A stretch of 64,000 nucleotides of DNA, from positions 521,620 to 585,619 of the forward strand of contig BDGG01000004.1 in assembly GCA_001949185.1 (NCBI GenBank). The letters run 5' to 3'. Below are positions 51,804-63,616 of the stretch, in pieces. Position 1 is the stretch's first letter, and every line of letters starts with the position of its first letter. Made by a program: the position numbers and the translations under genes. Below the pieces are notes generated by a model. The model was not told the DNA's origin and made no database searches. It was given only the letters and a program-made list of their open reading frames with translations. The DNA comes from Ramazzottius varieornatus. Its lineage: Eukaryota > Animalia > Tardigrada.

Positions 51804-53345
51804 TGGATTTCAGGGAACTCTCCATCGCCTATTCTCTGGCAAGGCCAGCCGATGCCGTCGATAAGGAGAAACGAAGATCGATAGACGTGCACTCAATGAG
51901 CTTTTTCACCGATCCAGCAGGGGAGCCGTTCCCGTCATTTGGTCTGAGGAACCGTGCGATGAAACTGGCATATCCTGGAGCTTGGAAAGGCATCCAGAAT
52001 ATGGTGGCGGAAGATATATTAGATGGCCGTTTCCAATTGACTACAAAGGTAACTTCCTGCTGATAACTGTCATTACACCTTATACTCCCTTTACCTTCAA
52101 CTTTCCACGATAGTACGGCGGGAAGCGAGCGAAACTTCAAGCTGTGGATGGTAACCTCATCGACACGATGTACGTAGACAAACGTCGGAGTGCTGCAGAA
52201 GGACAACAGGAAGACCAAAACGCGCGAGGGAACACTCTGGTGATATGCTGTGACGGAAATAGTGCTTTCTACGAGACAGGCTACATGCCCATTGCCATCC
52301 GAGCAGGCTACTCCACATTGGGCTGGAACCCACCCGGGTTCGCCTGCTCGACGGGATCACCCTGCCCTGAACAAATCCGTAATGCCGTCGACGTTGTCAT
52401 GAGCTACGCCTTGAATGTACTGCAGTTCCATGAGAAGGATATCATGCTTTTCGCCTATTCCATAGGTTAGCCAATACCTATATAAATGGGAAGCCGCTTA
52501 AGCCGCCAAACAATCTCTGGATGATCAGTATCTCAAGTGGCGCGGTCTCCATTGCTATTGGCTGGAAATGTGCGCCACTTGGGATAACGATCATCCCGAG
52601 CGCTTGTCGGCCTCCCAAAGGTTTGCCCATTTACTTCCGAGTTTGCGTTTCTATTCGATTCCAGGTGGTTATCCAGCGGCTTGGGCAGCTGCCAAATATC
52701 CTGACGTAAAGGGTCTACTCCTGGACGCGTGCTTTGACGAACTTCTTCCCCTCGTCCAGCTTCATCTGCGAGGACACTTTTATGCCGTCACATCCATGGT
52801 GCTGAAAGACCAAGAATGTAATCTGCGTATAGCTCAGCTTCTCCGGCACTACCACGGACCCATAAAACTCTTTCGGCGAGATGAGGATGAAATCGTTGGA
52901 AAACGGATAGGGAGCAAATACTTTAACAGCACCAATCGGTTGCTGAGGCTTTTACTAATTTACCGCTATCCTGCTATTGTCAACGAAGATACCCTACCAG
53001 TTCTCGACGAATGGCTGGATTGCTACAACCCTCAAGCTCAAAGTAGGCTAATCTTTTGGGTATAAAGAGGACGAACATATACAGACATACTTTTTTGCAG
53101 GTTTGTGGTTAAAGAACTACAACAAGATGTGTCCAAATTGTCCAGAAGTATTCGAAGCAATGCACAAAGAGTTTCATGAAGATGGACAAGATTTCTTCCC
53201 ATTCCTGTATGGCCGTGACTGGGCCCTCCATGTCAGAGAGCACATTACCATCCATTTGGCGGATAAGTACTTGACTACAGTTAACGGAAAGCACAACACT
53301 ATCCTACCGGTAGAACTCCTTGTCCCACCGTGGAAACATGAATAG
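51804..53345 (+). CDS. ABHD16A: ABHD16A/BAT5-like alpha/beta hydrolase; 5' end uncertain
   Basis: DGNLIDTMYVDKR, LVICCDGNSAFYETG, LGWNPPGF..STG, nucleophile AYSIG|G, LLLDACFD, RRDEDEI, HNTILP. Confidence 0.8.
52502..52600. repeat. Intronic palindrome family copy 12 (ABHD16A intron)
   Basis: tggatgatcagtatctcaagtggcgcg...gtgcgccacttgggataacgatcatcc. Confidence 0.78.
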
Positions 53346-53832
53346 TCCGTTTAGGCCAAGAGCCGGCACTCATTGGCAGATCTGCTCAACGTTGTCTGTC
53401 CGAAACCGGCAGAAACCATAAAAAGATAGTCCAAGCACCAGAAACTGAACACTAGGCGTTGCGCTTTGCACAAACTAGCGCCTTCCCTGCTCAATTCCTC
53501 CTCTTGGAAACTTATTTCCGGGAGCACACCGCTGACTCTTTCTAATCGTAAATAGTCTGTGAATGCTTATAGTATACCGTTCTACGCCACGAATAAAGTC
53601 AGCTATTAAGTCAGCGAAGTTTGTGCCGGACGGAATTTTGTACAGGGTCATAAAAAGCTCTCACGGTCTGGCTTTATCAATGAGCAATACAACGCAGCTC
53701 TTCCTTTTGTTTACGCGGAAGATCCGACTTTTACTCGAGCAAAACGATTTACTGAGCACCACAGGACGCGCCATCGCGTAACCATATCCCCTATTGAAAA
53801 AAAGGGTCAGAAAGTTCGCAGCATACTAGAAT

Positions 53833-54022
53833 CGTATGCGTAACAGGTCTGATTATGAAACAGTGTTCCGGTCGGAATATGGTCGGATACTAGGTCCATG
53901 GAAGCTAGTTAACTAAAATCATACTTTCTTACCAATTTCATGGTGTTTTCCTTGTAAAATCATACTTTATAGGTGTTTTCATACCAAAACACTGTTTCAT
54001 AATCAGACCTGTTACGCAGATG
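53833..54022. mobile_element. ~190 bp MITE-like inverted repeat
   Basis: tgcgtaacaggtctgattatgaaacagtgtt / aacactgtttcataatcagacctgttacgca (31 bp perfect). Confidence 0.75.
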
Positions 54023-54083
54023 ATTCCAGCCAAAATCACCCCTCTTGTATCAATCGGGATCACTCGCCACTAGACTTAACTCA

Positions 54084-55017
54084 CCAGGGGATTACGCCAG
54101 TCCTCCGCCTTCAAGAAATTTTCTGACGCGATAGAGTGATAGACAAGAGCCCCCTCTATCATTTCAAACAGGCGCAATAACGAAAATGGCATCCTGGAAG
54201 ATTCTACAGGAACCGGAAGTGACGTCAAAATCTGGGCGGTACATGGTTTTTTTCAATCAAGCAGTTTGATTCCAATGTGGTTGATTCGTTATTGATTATT
54301 GAGTCGAACTGGCTTTAGAATACAAGCTAATCACTTTGGTTTTTCATAGATTTCAAGGTTTTCTTCCCTCTTATTCTGCTCCTCCCTGTAGCACCAACAT
54401 GGACTCAGTTAATTCACCGGTCAGATACAGCCACTGGACGTCCTTTGCTTTCGAATGTACAAGGGGTACTTCAGGAAGGTGTCGAACTGGATATTCTTGC
54501 ATGATCAGCCAGTTTAAGTGCACCATCGGGACGTCATATTGAGAATGCATTCCCTGATTTACCAGCAGTTTACTTCTCCTAGGTTTGCTAATCTCATTTC
54601 TCAAGCTTGGCATTTGTCGGGATATGTTGATAGGTCCGTACAGTATGTTAATCCTACAAAATCCGGTTTCGAGGGAATGACTGGTCGTCGTGACCATGAT
54701 GAGTGCGAACGTTCCTTGCTTTTGAGATGTGGGTGGTGTAAGGCTCCTTTATGCTTTCATCACTTTTACGAGGAATACCACTTCTGTAAGTTATACCTAC
54801 CTTGAAAATTGACGTTGAGTTTTGTCTAATACGTTAGCGTGATAAAATCAGTAGTGATGTACCGCCCAGATTTTGACGTCACTTTCGGTTCCTGTAGAGT
54901 CTTCCAGGATGTCATTTTCGTTATTGCGCCTGTTTGAAATGATAGAGAAGGCTCTTGTCTATCACTCTATCGCGTAAGAAAATTTCTTGGAGGCGGAGGA
55001 CTGGCGTAATCCCCTCG
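54084..55017 (+). mobile_element. Internally deleted Tc4/Tc5-like DNA transposon, ~160 bp TIRs, TCA target duplication (CTNAG site)
   Basis: TIRs C[C/G]AGGGGATTACGCCAGTCCTCCGCC; TCA at 54081-54083 and 55018-55020; internal ORF 54518-54805 SLIYQQFTSPRF..AWHLSGY..CGWCKAPLCFHHF resembles a Tc5-type transposase C-terminus (from recall, not searched). Confidence 0.78.
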
Positions 55018-55680
55018 TCAGCTTGACAGACCCAAATTGCTGAAGGTTCTGGCGATTCAAACTGTGCTGGCCAGCCGAGAAGCGGCCACCGTAAAAACTT
55101 CTGCATGGCTACACAGACGTATATGCTACCCTTTCCCACTGCGCCATTTTTTTCGACTGTCAGCTAGTGCGACAGCCCGCCATTCACAAGCAATGGGATA
55201 AGGTGCGAGAACTATGTGTTCGCAATCTCCCAGAACCGGTTATGTCTCCTGCCGACGATGTCTAGACTCAACTGCGCAAGGGTACATTCGAAAAACGGCC
55301 TAGACGAGAATTTGGAATGACAAGTCCACAAAAAGCTTCTACTTTGTAAGGACTCATGACCACCTGTCACACGACTTTATGCACATCTAGGAACTTTGCC
55401 TCCCTGTGATCACCTGGTTATTCAATTGTCAGTTCACTCTGATTCTTTTTTAATGAGCAAGCCCATCACCCGTTTCCTGTTTCCTGTTCCCTGTTCTTCA
55501 ATTGGTGATGCAACAATACGGAAATAACGTATGTCAGTAACGTCCTTATTTTTCTTAACTTTATAGGAGTCCAGTGTAAGACAGCTTCTACCACATCTCG
55601 CTTGCAGGATAAATATTGCCGTGCAGCTTTAATAATTCTGGGTCGTTTCGGTTTCGAGTTTCCCTGTAGTGAATCAAACC

Positions 55681-56826
55681 ATGGATTGCAGCTTCGGTGT
55701 CCCATCAAACTGCACTAATTCTGCTCTACCAAATCTGACTTCCGGCTCTAACGGCACCGTCACAATTGTCCAGTTTCCCTTCATCGCAAAGGGCAGTTGG
55801 TCTTTCGAGCCATGTTTCACCATGTTCACCATCACCACCGCTTTCTGCTTCAACATTACCCTTCTCGTGCTATTCTACAAAGACAAGACCCTCCGTTCGG
55901 CCTTCAGCATCTACCTCATGAACCTTCTTTTCGGCAACGCCCTCACCTCAGCCATCTTTGGTCCGCTCAACGTCCTTCGCCAGTACTACGGTTCCTGGAT
56001 CGTCGGTTGGCGACTCTGTGCTCTTCGCCAGTACATCTCTGGCGCATTCGCCGCCATCATCATATCCCACTGCCTCATCGCCCTCAATCGTTTCTGGGCC
56101 GTCACCTTCCCCACCCACTACCGCAGCCACCACAACAAGAAATTAGCCATCATCATCTGTCTCACCGTGTGGGTTCTTCTCAATGCTTGCTTCATCCCCA
56201 CCGCCCTGACCATGTCCTTCCTTACACCACCTTCTCCCAAGGGAGTTCAGGAATGTTGGTTGAATGACACGGGGTATCCCGCATGGTTACCCTTCTTGCA
56301 GACGGTGGTCTTCGATTCACCCATCCTTCTGGTTATTCTACTGTACCCGTTCATTTGCTGGAAGTCCTTCTTCGGAAAACGTATGCCGAAGCAAGCTCGA
56401 GTCGCTCCAGCTAACTCACTCGTTACTCATGCCACATCGGTTGCTTCCGGAGCGGTGTTCGAAGCTGCGAAGGTGGAAGAGAACAAGGGGAACGAAGTGG
56501 GAGACCAAGGGGAAAAACCCGAGGTTGCTCCACCAGTGGCAGAGGTGGTGAAGAAGGAGAAGGGTTTCTGCGGTTGCTTGCCGCCCTTAAAAGGAAGTAA
56601 GAAGGGTTTCATCCCGTTGACGCTGATGACGTTTTGCGTGCTGCTGCTCTGGACGCCCAATGAGTTGTATTTCTCGCTGGACTTTGCCGGGATCGATCCG
56701 CCCGGAATGTACCAAACCGCCAAGATTCTACACTCGCTGGCTACGGTTTTTGATCCCATCTTGCCGGTCGTCGCCAACCGCGACTTGCAGAGGGCGCTAT
56801 TGCCGATCTTTAAACCTGAAAAGTAA
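55681..56826 (+). CDS. Intronless class A orphan GPCR
   Basis: N-glycosylated N-terminus, 7 hydrophobic segments, FSIYLMNL, W..G..LC, IALNRFWAV (DRY equivalent), LLWTP, VFDPIL. Confidence 0.85.
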   Translation: MDCSFGVPSNCTNSALPNLTSGSNGTVTIVQFPFIAKGSWSFEPCFTMFTITTAFCFNITLLVLFYKDKTLRSAFSIYLMNLLFGNALTSAIFGPLNVLRQYYGSWIVGWRLCALRQYISGAFAAIIISHCLIALNRFWAVTFPTHYRSHHNKKLAIIICLTVWVLLNACFIPTALTMSFLTPPSPKGVQECWLNDTGYPAWLPFLQTVVFDSPILLVILLYPFICWKSFFGKRMPKQARVAPANSLVTHATSVASGAVFEAAKVEENKGNEVGDQGEKPEVAPPVAEVVKKEKGFCGCLPPLKGSKKGFIPLTLMTFCVLLLWTPNELYFSLDFAGIDPPGMYQTAKILHSLATVFDPILPVVANRDLQRALLPIFKPEK

Positions 56827-57487
56827 CCGCTGTCAACGGTATACTCGCGCGCCGCGCCTGATACCAGTGGGAATCACTGTTGGTACAGGAGCGATAAACT
56901 CGTAACCATCTAGATAGATTTATTCCGTCGTGGTGTCTTGTCACTGTTTTTACATTAGTGCACCTGCCTTAGCAAACCAGAATACCCTAAGTACAGTACA
57001 GGGCGAGACGCACAGTTTTACATGCAGGAATAGCGTAACGTTTGCTCATAAAGTATAGTTCACCTCCTGTTTTCTTTGTTCTGCAGTCAATCTTCCAGTG
57101 GGAATTACGGTCTCGTTTGTACGTTTGACATTAAACATCAACAGTTTACGAATGTAAACCTTGATTTCATCAGGATATGAATGTATTATTTTTCGCTGCG
57201 TCTGAAATTTCACTGGCTCGATAGTACTATCAGTCTATCGTGCCAGAAGACACTGTTGGTCCTTACGCTAGAGAAACATTGGAGAAATACAGCACGAGTA
57301 TCACAGTATACGTATGAGAGAAGAACGCCGTACATCCGAGCAAGAGGTTTATTTTGAACAGCCGACGACCTTTCTCTATTGGCCATGAAAGACAGTTACC
57401 AAGTTTCGCCGTATCTGCGAACTTAATTCTCCCTTGACTCATGGGCCGAAGGAAAGCGTCCGTCAGCCAAAATAAGAAAGTGCGGCA

Positions 57488-59285
57488 ATGCCGCCCACCA
57501 TCATTCCAGATTTTCTTCTTCGATACTTATGGCTTTTCGGGCTGTTGCAGCTTTCTTCTGAATGCAGAAGGAATATACCAAGTGTCTCGAGACCGGCAAA
57601 GGTTTACCACTACCTCTGGGCGGTCTGCACTCGAATGTATGGATACTTTGCTGTCCTCGTGAACGTTGGCTTCTGTTTCACAATGGCAGCTGAGAATATT
57701 GAATACTTTGTCCGAGACCAGATGGCCACCATCGATGTCTTCTTCGGGCTGGTCGACCTAATCGATCATTCACAAATGATGATCCAACCGATGCTAATCT
57801 ACGGTTTTACGTTTTGCAAACGGAAAGCCATAGGAGCCTTGCTTGAAAACTTCACAACGTTACTTCGAAGTCGGTCGTCGAACCGACAGCTGGACAAGCT
57901 GCACAGAAGGCTTTCACTTGTCGCAGTGCTATGGGTTGTCGCTTGGTGGTTGGTAACCTTTTTCTGCACACTTGTGATCAGATGGGGCTCGATTGCTAGT
58001 ACCGCTCGTCCGTATCGTTTCAACGTTACGGTGCTGCATAGTCTTATGGTGGTCAAGATTGGTGAATGGGACAGAGTTGGCATGGTGTGCTACCTACTAA
58101 ACATGCATTCGGACGCCATGTCCCAGTTGTTCTATATCCTTTTGATTATCGCACTAGCCGCCGCTTTCCAGCGTGTTCATCGAAAGCTAAATGTAGTATT
58201 TCTTACACAGCTTCAGTCCCAAGGTAATGTTCAGAACCTTGTGGGATTTATCCACGATGTGACTACAGACATCCAGCGACTACGTAACCTTACAACTACA
58301 TTCAACGCCACGTTTGGTTCGCTAATCCTGCTGAACTACCTGAGAGACCTGACTGCTGCGGCTGCGTTAATTGCTAGATTCATGAAACAACACTATCGAG
58401 TACCACCAGAGACCCAAGCGCAATTTGAATACCGTATGTACGATTACGTTCATATTTACCAGTGGTTCGACATGGCCGCCACGTCCATTCCGTTGGCTAA
58501 CACGGTATTTCGAATTCTGGCATGTCTTTACTGTAAAAAAAAGGTAAGACTATATATAGTACAGGCGAAATAGTCAGGGCGAGTATGGTACGAGTATGGT
58601 ATGGTAAAATACAAATTCAAAAGCAGTGTTGAAGCGCAGTTAATTTCTTGGTGAGGGCTGCTCTCACCACCGACACTACCGAGGGGCTCATGTCACCACT
58701 TCTAATTTATTCCTTAATTTAGTGAAATGTGGTGAGATTAACCAGGAAATTATTAGTTCACCACCAGTTCACCACCAGTCCATCACCACGGCGAAAGTGA
58801 TGTTTCTTGTCACTATCGTGTCACTAGCAAAGGTCCAAAAATGAACTGGATGTTTCTAATTTCTTTCCCTGTAGGTGGAAAAGATTTGCAGGGTTCTCGA
58901 AGAAATGGAAACAGAAGCGGTGGGGGAGGAGGTTCGGTCTGCCTCTGAGCGAGCGCTGTCAAAAATTACTGGTTCTACTGGGGCGATTTCGGCAGCGGGC
59001 TTCATCTGGATAACCAAGGAATACGTTATAGGAGTAAGTTTCTGTATAATTGCTGGTTGGAGGGTGGAAGAATTGCGATCTGCATGTTCCTCTGGTTTGC
59101 AGTTGTTAGGGATGCTCACTGGGTACACCATTCTTGTGTTCCAAACCAGAGACCAGAAGACCGGAGAGCGTGAGAACGCGGAAAGCATGAACGATCATCT
59201 GAGTGAGATGGTGCAACAAATCGTCAGAGCAATCAACCACACGTTGGACCCTCAATATCCGCGTACTCATCTTTCCCGCTCATGA
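57488..59285 (+). CDS. Gustatory-receptor-like (7tm chemoreceptor) protein; exons 57488-58543, 58875-59033, 59103-59285
   Basis: FNATFGSLILL, ISAAGFIWITKEYVIG|LLGMLTGYTILVFQ matches the GR C-terminal signature; two phase-0 introns near the 3' end as in the GR family. Confidence 0.8.
58620..58850. repeat. Intronic low-complexity foldback-like element rich in TCACC/GGTGA motifs
   Basis: Multiple ggtga / tcaccac motifs in intron 58544-58874. Confidence 0.4.
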
Positions 59286-59743
59286 CGACCCCTGTTGCAA
59301 GGGTCTGAATGAATTCTGTATATAGTTGATCTACACACGGCAGTCGCCATCTTTATCCCCGCACAAAGTCTCCTGGTCAACACCAACATGGACGCACACC
59401 GATCTGTTTACTGCCAAGACACTTATATGAAAAGAGTAGTCGTTCAAGATTGCACGATAAGTCGGTTAACCTGATGTACAGTGTGTATGGTATATTGTTG
59501 TATCGAGATGCCACAATAGTATATCAGCGGACTTTGCCCCATATTTTTTTCTGGTCCCCTAACTGAGCTACCTACGTTCACTTTCACCATTTCCCACACT
59601 TCCCGCACCGAGAATTACACCTCGAAGTAAGCTGCACGTCAGCGTTCTCACTCGTTCTTGCACGAATTCTTCCAGTCCGATAACAGACGCCTTATGTGGT
59701 GCGAACATTGCCATCTGTCTTGGAGTTCGAAATTCTGTCAGAA

Positions 59744-62700
59744 ATGAGATCGACGCTCATTTCTCCATGGCTCGCTCTGATCTTTGCGCGCGTGGTACGG
59801 ACAACAGCTTCGACATTGTCCACGCGTGTCCACGTTGAAAACCTTGGGGATTTTTACACCTTTCCCACTTACTTGCCCACCCAGCCACCTGTCCATGTTT
59901 TCCAGTTTCCAAACAGCGCGGTGTCCAGTGTGGTCGTTGGTAATCAGGTGATCGGTTTCGACCAGTACGGAATATTGGTATCGAACCGAATATTGCCATA
60001 TCCCGAGGGAGCTACAGCAGATTATAGAATTGTCGCGGTGGACAGTCACACCTCAGATCTCCTGTACTCCAACACTGAAAGTACATTTGTGGCAGTTGCC
60101 CGCGAATACCTTAATGGCTCGGGTAGTGCGATCTCCGTCTTCACCGTGTTGGAGCAAGATACGTACTCGTTGTTCTCTCAGATCCTGACCAAATCTTCCG
60201 TACGGGCCATCCAGCTGTACACGGATTATGACGGCAACCTGTTGGTGGCAGCGGCGCAGAAAACCGCCGACTGTACGGAGGACTGGGAGTCAGAATGTGG
60301 TCTCAGTTTGTAAGTTCATGGGCATCTTATGTTGGTTTCCAGCTAAGATCTCAAGCAGTCGCACCACTGTGGCGTTTGCTCGTTTTGACAGGGTGTACAA
60401 AATCGATGGCTTTAGCGGTGAGGCCGATATCTTCGACGCATTCCAGACAGGAAACGCCACAAACGTCAAAGTGGTTACAGATGACAACGCTAACACCATA
60501 TCGCTCTTGTATTCCACCTGCGCGACCATGCATAACGGATGGCAAACGTGTCGAATTCTCAACCAGCTTCAACCTTCAGGATCGCACTCCTTAAACTCTA
60601 TAAGAGGTAAGCACGGTTCAGCAATGGGGGTTTAGCTAGACAATTACAGTACCACCTTGTTTTCTGTTGTTATCGGTTTGCAGAACTTGGTTGCGATCTG
60701 ACGATGGGGCAGTTCTTTAGTGTCAAGGGCCAGTCGTACTACCTCGGCCCAAAACCATCCTGCGATGGCTCTCAAATCACCTTATGGAACACGCAGCTAA
60801 GCTTCGTTAACGTCCTCAACACGTTTACCGACATGGCGGAAAGATGGTTCGTCGTCAATACCAACCGGACATTTTGTGATACCTCTCTGGTCCTTACGGC
60901 GGTCGGAAAGGTAAGCTTCATCAAGGAACTCTTGATCAGAACCTGGCGCAATCAAACCTCTGTAATATCAACTGATTGAAAATGTCTCGGCGAATTCACA
61001 GGATGGTACAACGATTTACAGTGTGGACAGACTTGGTGAAGCTCACACTAAGATGCACGAGAGCGAACATCTGCAAATTGTCGGTATGTGGTCCTCTGGA
61101 GAATACCTATACTGCGTAAACAAGTCCGAAGAGTCCTTAACGCTGTTTCGGATGTCGTGCTCGAAGCAATCCTCTCTTCTGCCGAGTACAAGCCCGGAAT
61201 CAATGACCAGAAAGGACATCTTCACTTCTACTATGCTCGTCAACACTACCACCACCACCACTACCGCTACCGCTACATCTACCACTAGCACTGGCACCAC
61301 CACCAAAAGTTTATCTACCACACCAACCGCGACAAAGTTGCCCGTATCGTCACCAGTTACTTTTCTCGACACCACAGTAACATCACCAACAGCTGATACC
61401 AGCAAAGTTTCTTCCGCAACCGGTGCAACCACGAGTATGAGGATTCTTCATGGGATAACTCCTTCTCAAATCACCGCGGCACCAACAAAATCGACTTCCA
61501 CTGGGACAGACAAGCCTTTGCCCAGTGCAACAAGTAACAGAGGATTCTCCTCTTCAGGGAGCACTAGTATTTCCCCTCAAAGCGCGGAGGATGGTCGAAC
61601 TACCAATCTCAAAACAAACCAGGCCCCATGGACTGAATTATCACAAAACTCGACCATCAAGAACGTAACCACCGTGGAACTTCTGATTGCTGATGCAAGG
61701 AAAACCCATCTGAACCGTACACTTGAGTCTGTCGCCACCTCCGAAGCCACGGAGGGGCCTGTCAATGCTGCCAGTTTGGTTGGACTGCCTCGCAATAAGA
61801 CAGAGGTACATGTTCTGTTCAATGCCATGCAAGTCGTACAGTGGCTGTGATATCGTGTGGTAACGCCATCGGTTCGTAAATTGCAGACATGGATTCTATC
61901 CATAAGCTCGAGTTTCTCCTTGCTGAATACGTCACGCGAACCCACAGACTCACCTACTTCTGAATCTACAGAAGAGACTTCAACTAAAGCGATCCCGAGT
62001 TCAACCAAAGAACTCACGATAGAACCACTATCTCATTGGGATTCGAGCAGAGAACAGAGCGAAGGAACGACTACTGAGCACAAGACGAAGGTACCAGTCA
62101 ACGCGCAAAGTACTGTCAAAGCGAGCATCGGGAACGCCACCCAACTGCCAACACCGCCCGTCAGAGAAGTCCAGCAGGCAGTAACTCCAAAGACACCTGA
62201 AGTGACAGTTTATGTCGGACGTACTCCGGTCATATTACAAAGCAAAAGTAAGACTGAAAAGCCTTCCTTGCCATGTTTCTCCCTTCATCGAGGGTTTCCG
62301 TCTATTATTCCAGCTGAAGCTACAGGCGGTTCGGCGCTTTCAGCCGCCTACTTCAGGGTTCCTCTGGATCTCGAGTCGAATTTCACTTCGGTTGTAAACA
62401 CCAAAGCAGGCTCTATGGTCGTCATCCCACCAAGCCCGGACCATTCCTGCTACCGGTCAGCTTTCCTGACCATCGGACTAGCTGCAGTGCAGACAGCGGC
62501 GAAGACACAATTCTGCAACCCGGCTGCAGCCAACCTCAGTCGCCTATCAATCTATGAATCAAAGGTAAAACTTATCTGGAATCTAAACGACAGATCGTTC
62601 GTTACTCTGAGCCGGCGATTCTCCCTGTAGGTGGCAGCCCAGTTTGTCAGTGGCAACTTTTTCATCGCTTCGCTGTACGAATCGACGATCGAGTTCGTGG

Positions 62701-63616
62701 CCGTTCTCAAAGGCCAAGAAGCTCTCTTCGACGTCCACAGCAACATAACAGATGCTCAGTACTCTTCGGTGGGTGTCCAGATCTGCGAAGGCTATCCGAC
62801 GGTTTGTGTCATCGTCAGAACCTGTCCGTACGGCCGAGAATGTTCTGCACAAGTCCGCTGCTACCGCATGGCACGCTTCATGTGGTCCGCCATACTCAAC
62901 ATGACCGTTTCGCCGGATGCGCTCCTCCACATGGCAACATACTCGCGTTCCGATCGATGTGTACTGATTGTCGAAACGCCCATCTACCGTCCATGGACAG
63001 CGCCGATATCGGCTACTCTGACCATCTACCGTCTTAAATCAAGCGCCAAAGGTCGGTTGCAGCATGACGCAACGATAACCAGCCTGTATCATTCTGACAT
63101 TTTCAAACTCAACATACATCAATTCTTTTAGGGGCGAAGCTTCTCGTGACTTCGCAGGAGCGAGTCGGAATCTGCATACCGCCTAAGCAACTTCGAGTCG
63201 TCAGTGTGAAACGGAACATCTGGTTAACCACCGCGATAAAAGACGGGACTGGTACCTGTATCCCAGGCATCTATGAACTCTTGTCTGACGAGAATGGTGT
63301 CAACGGCGAACCCTTGAAGCTAGTGCGTCAGTTTGATGGGAAAGACAATGGTCAAGTGTACGCGGTGATGGGCAAAGATGTCCCAGCATGTGTGCCACGG
63401 GGGGATGTCCTGCTCATCAATACCACCGGGAGGGCAGAAGCTTTCCTGGTTGACAAAGCTGGGCAAGCGGGAGTTTCACTAAGACCAATGTCCCACCGAA
63501 ATCTACCCGGTAACCTCCAAGGACAACTAAAATTTGTGACCATTGCTAACCACACGTTTTTCATGTCTGTTAGTGGAACTCAAGCCATTACTTTCAACGT
63601 TATTTGTGTGAACTAG
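59744..63616 (+). CDS. Unknown secreted protein (~1,100 aa): Cys-containing beta-rich N domain, Thr/Ser/Pro mucin-like linker, beta-rich C domain; ~7 exons
   Basis: Signal-like MRSTLISPWLALIFA; consecutive ORFs with GT-AG boundaries between them (63052-63131 checked in frame); poly-Thr tract at ~61245-61305; no TM seen. Confidence 0.65.

Noticed and set aside
3322-52600. Palindromic repeats as CRISPR repeats or intron-creating Introner elements
   Set aside because: They are dispersed rather than arrayed, there are no cas genes, and element ends do not coincide with splice sites.
11844-53345. Apparent cluster of ER/secretory membrane genes (POMT2, Orai, TEX2, ALG8, SGPL1, furin, ABHD16A)
   Set aside because: Mixed orientations, interspersed with unrelated genes, and no shared motif seen; plausible by chance in a gene-dense genome.
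63120-63146. Apparent stop/frameshift in the last gene
   Set aside because: Resolved by an in-frame phase-1 intron at 63052-63131.
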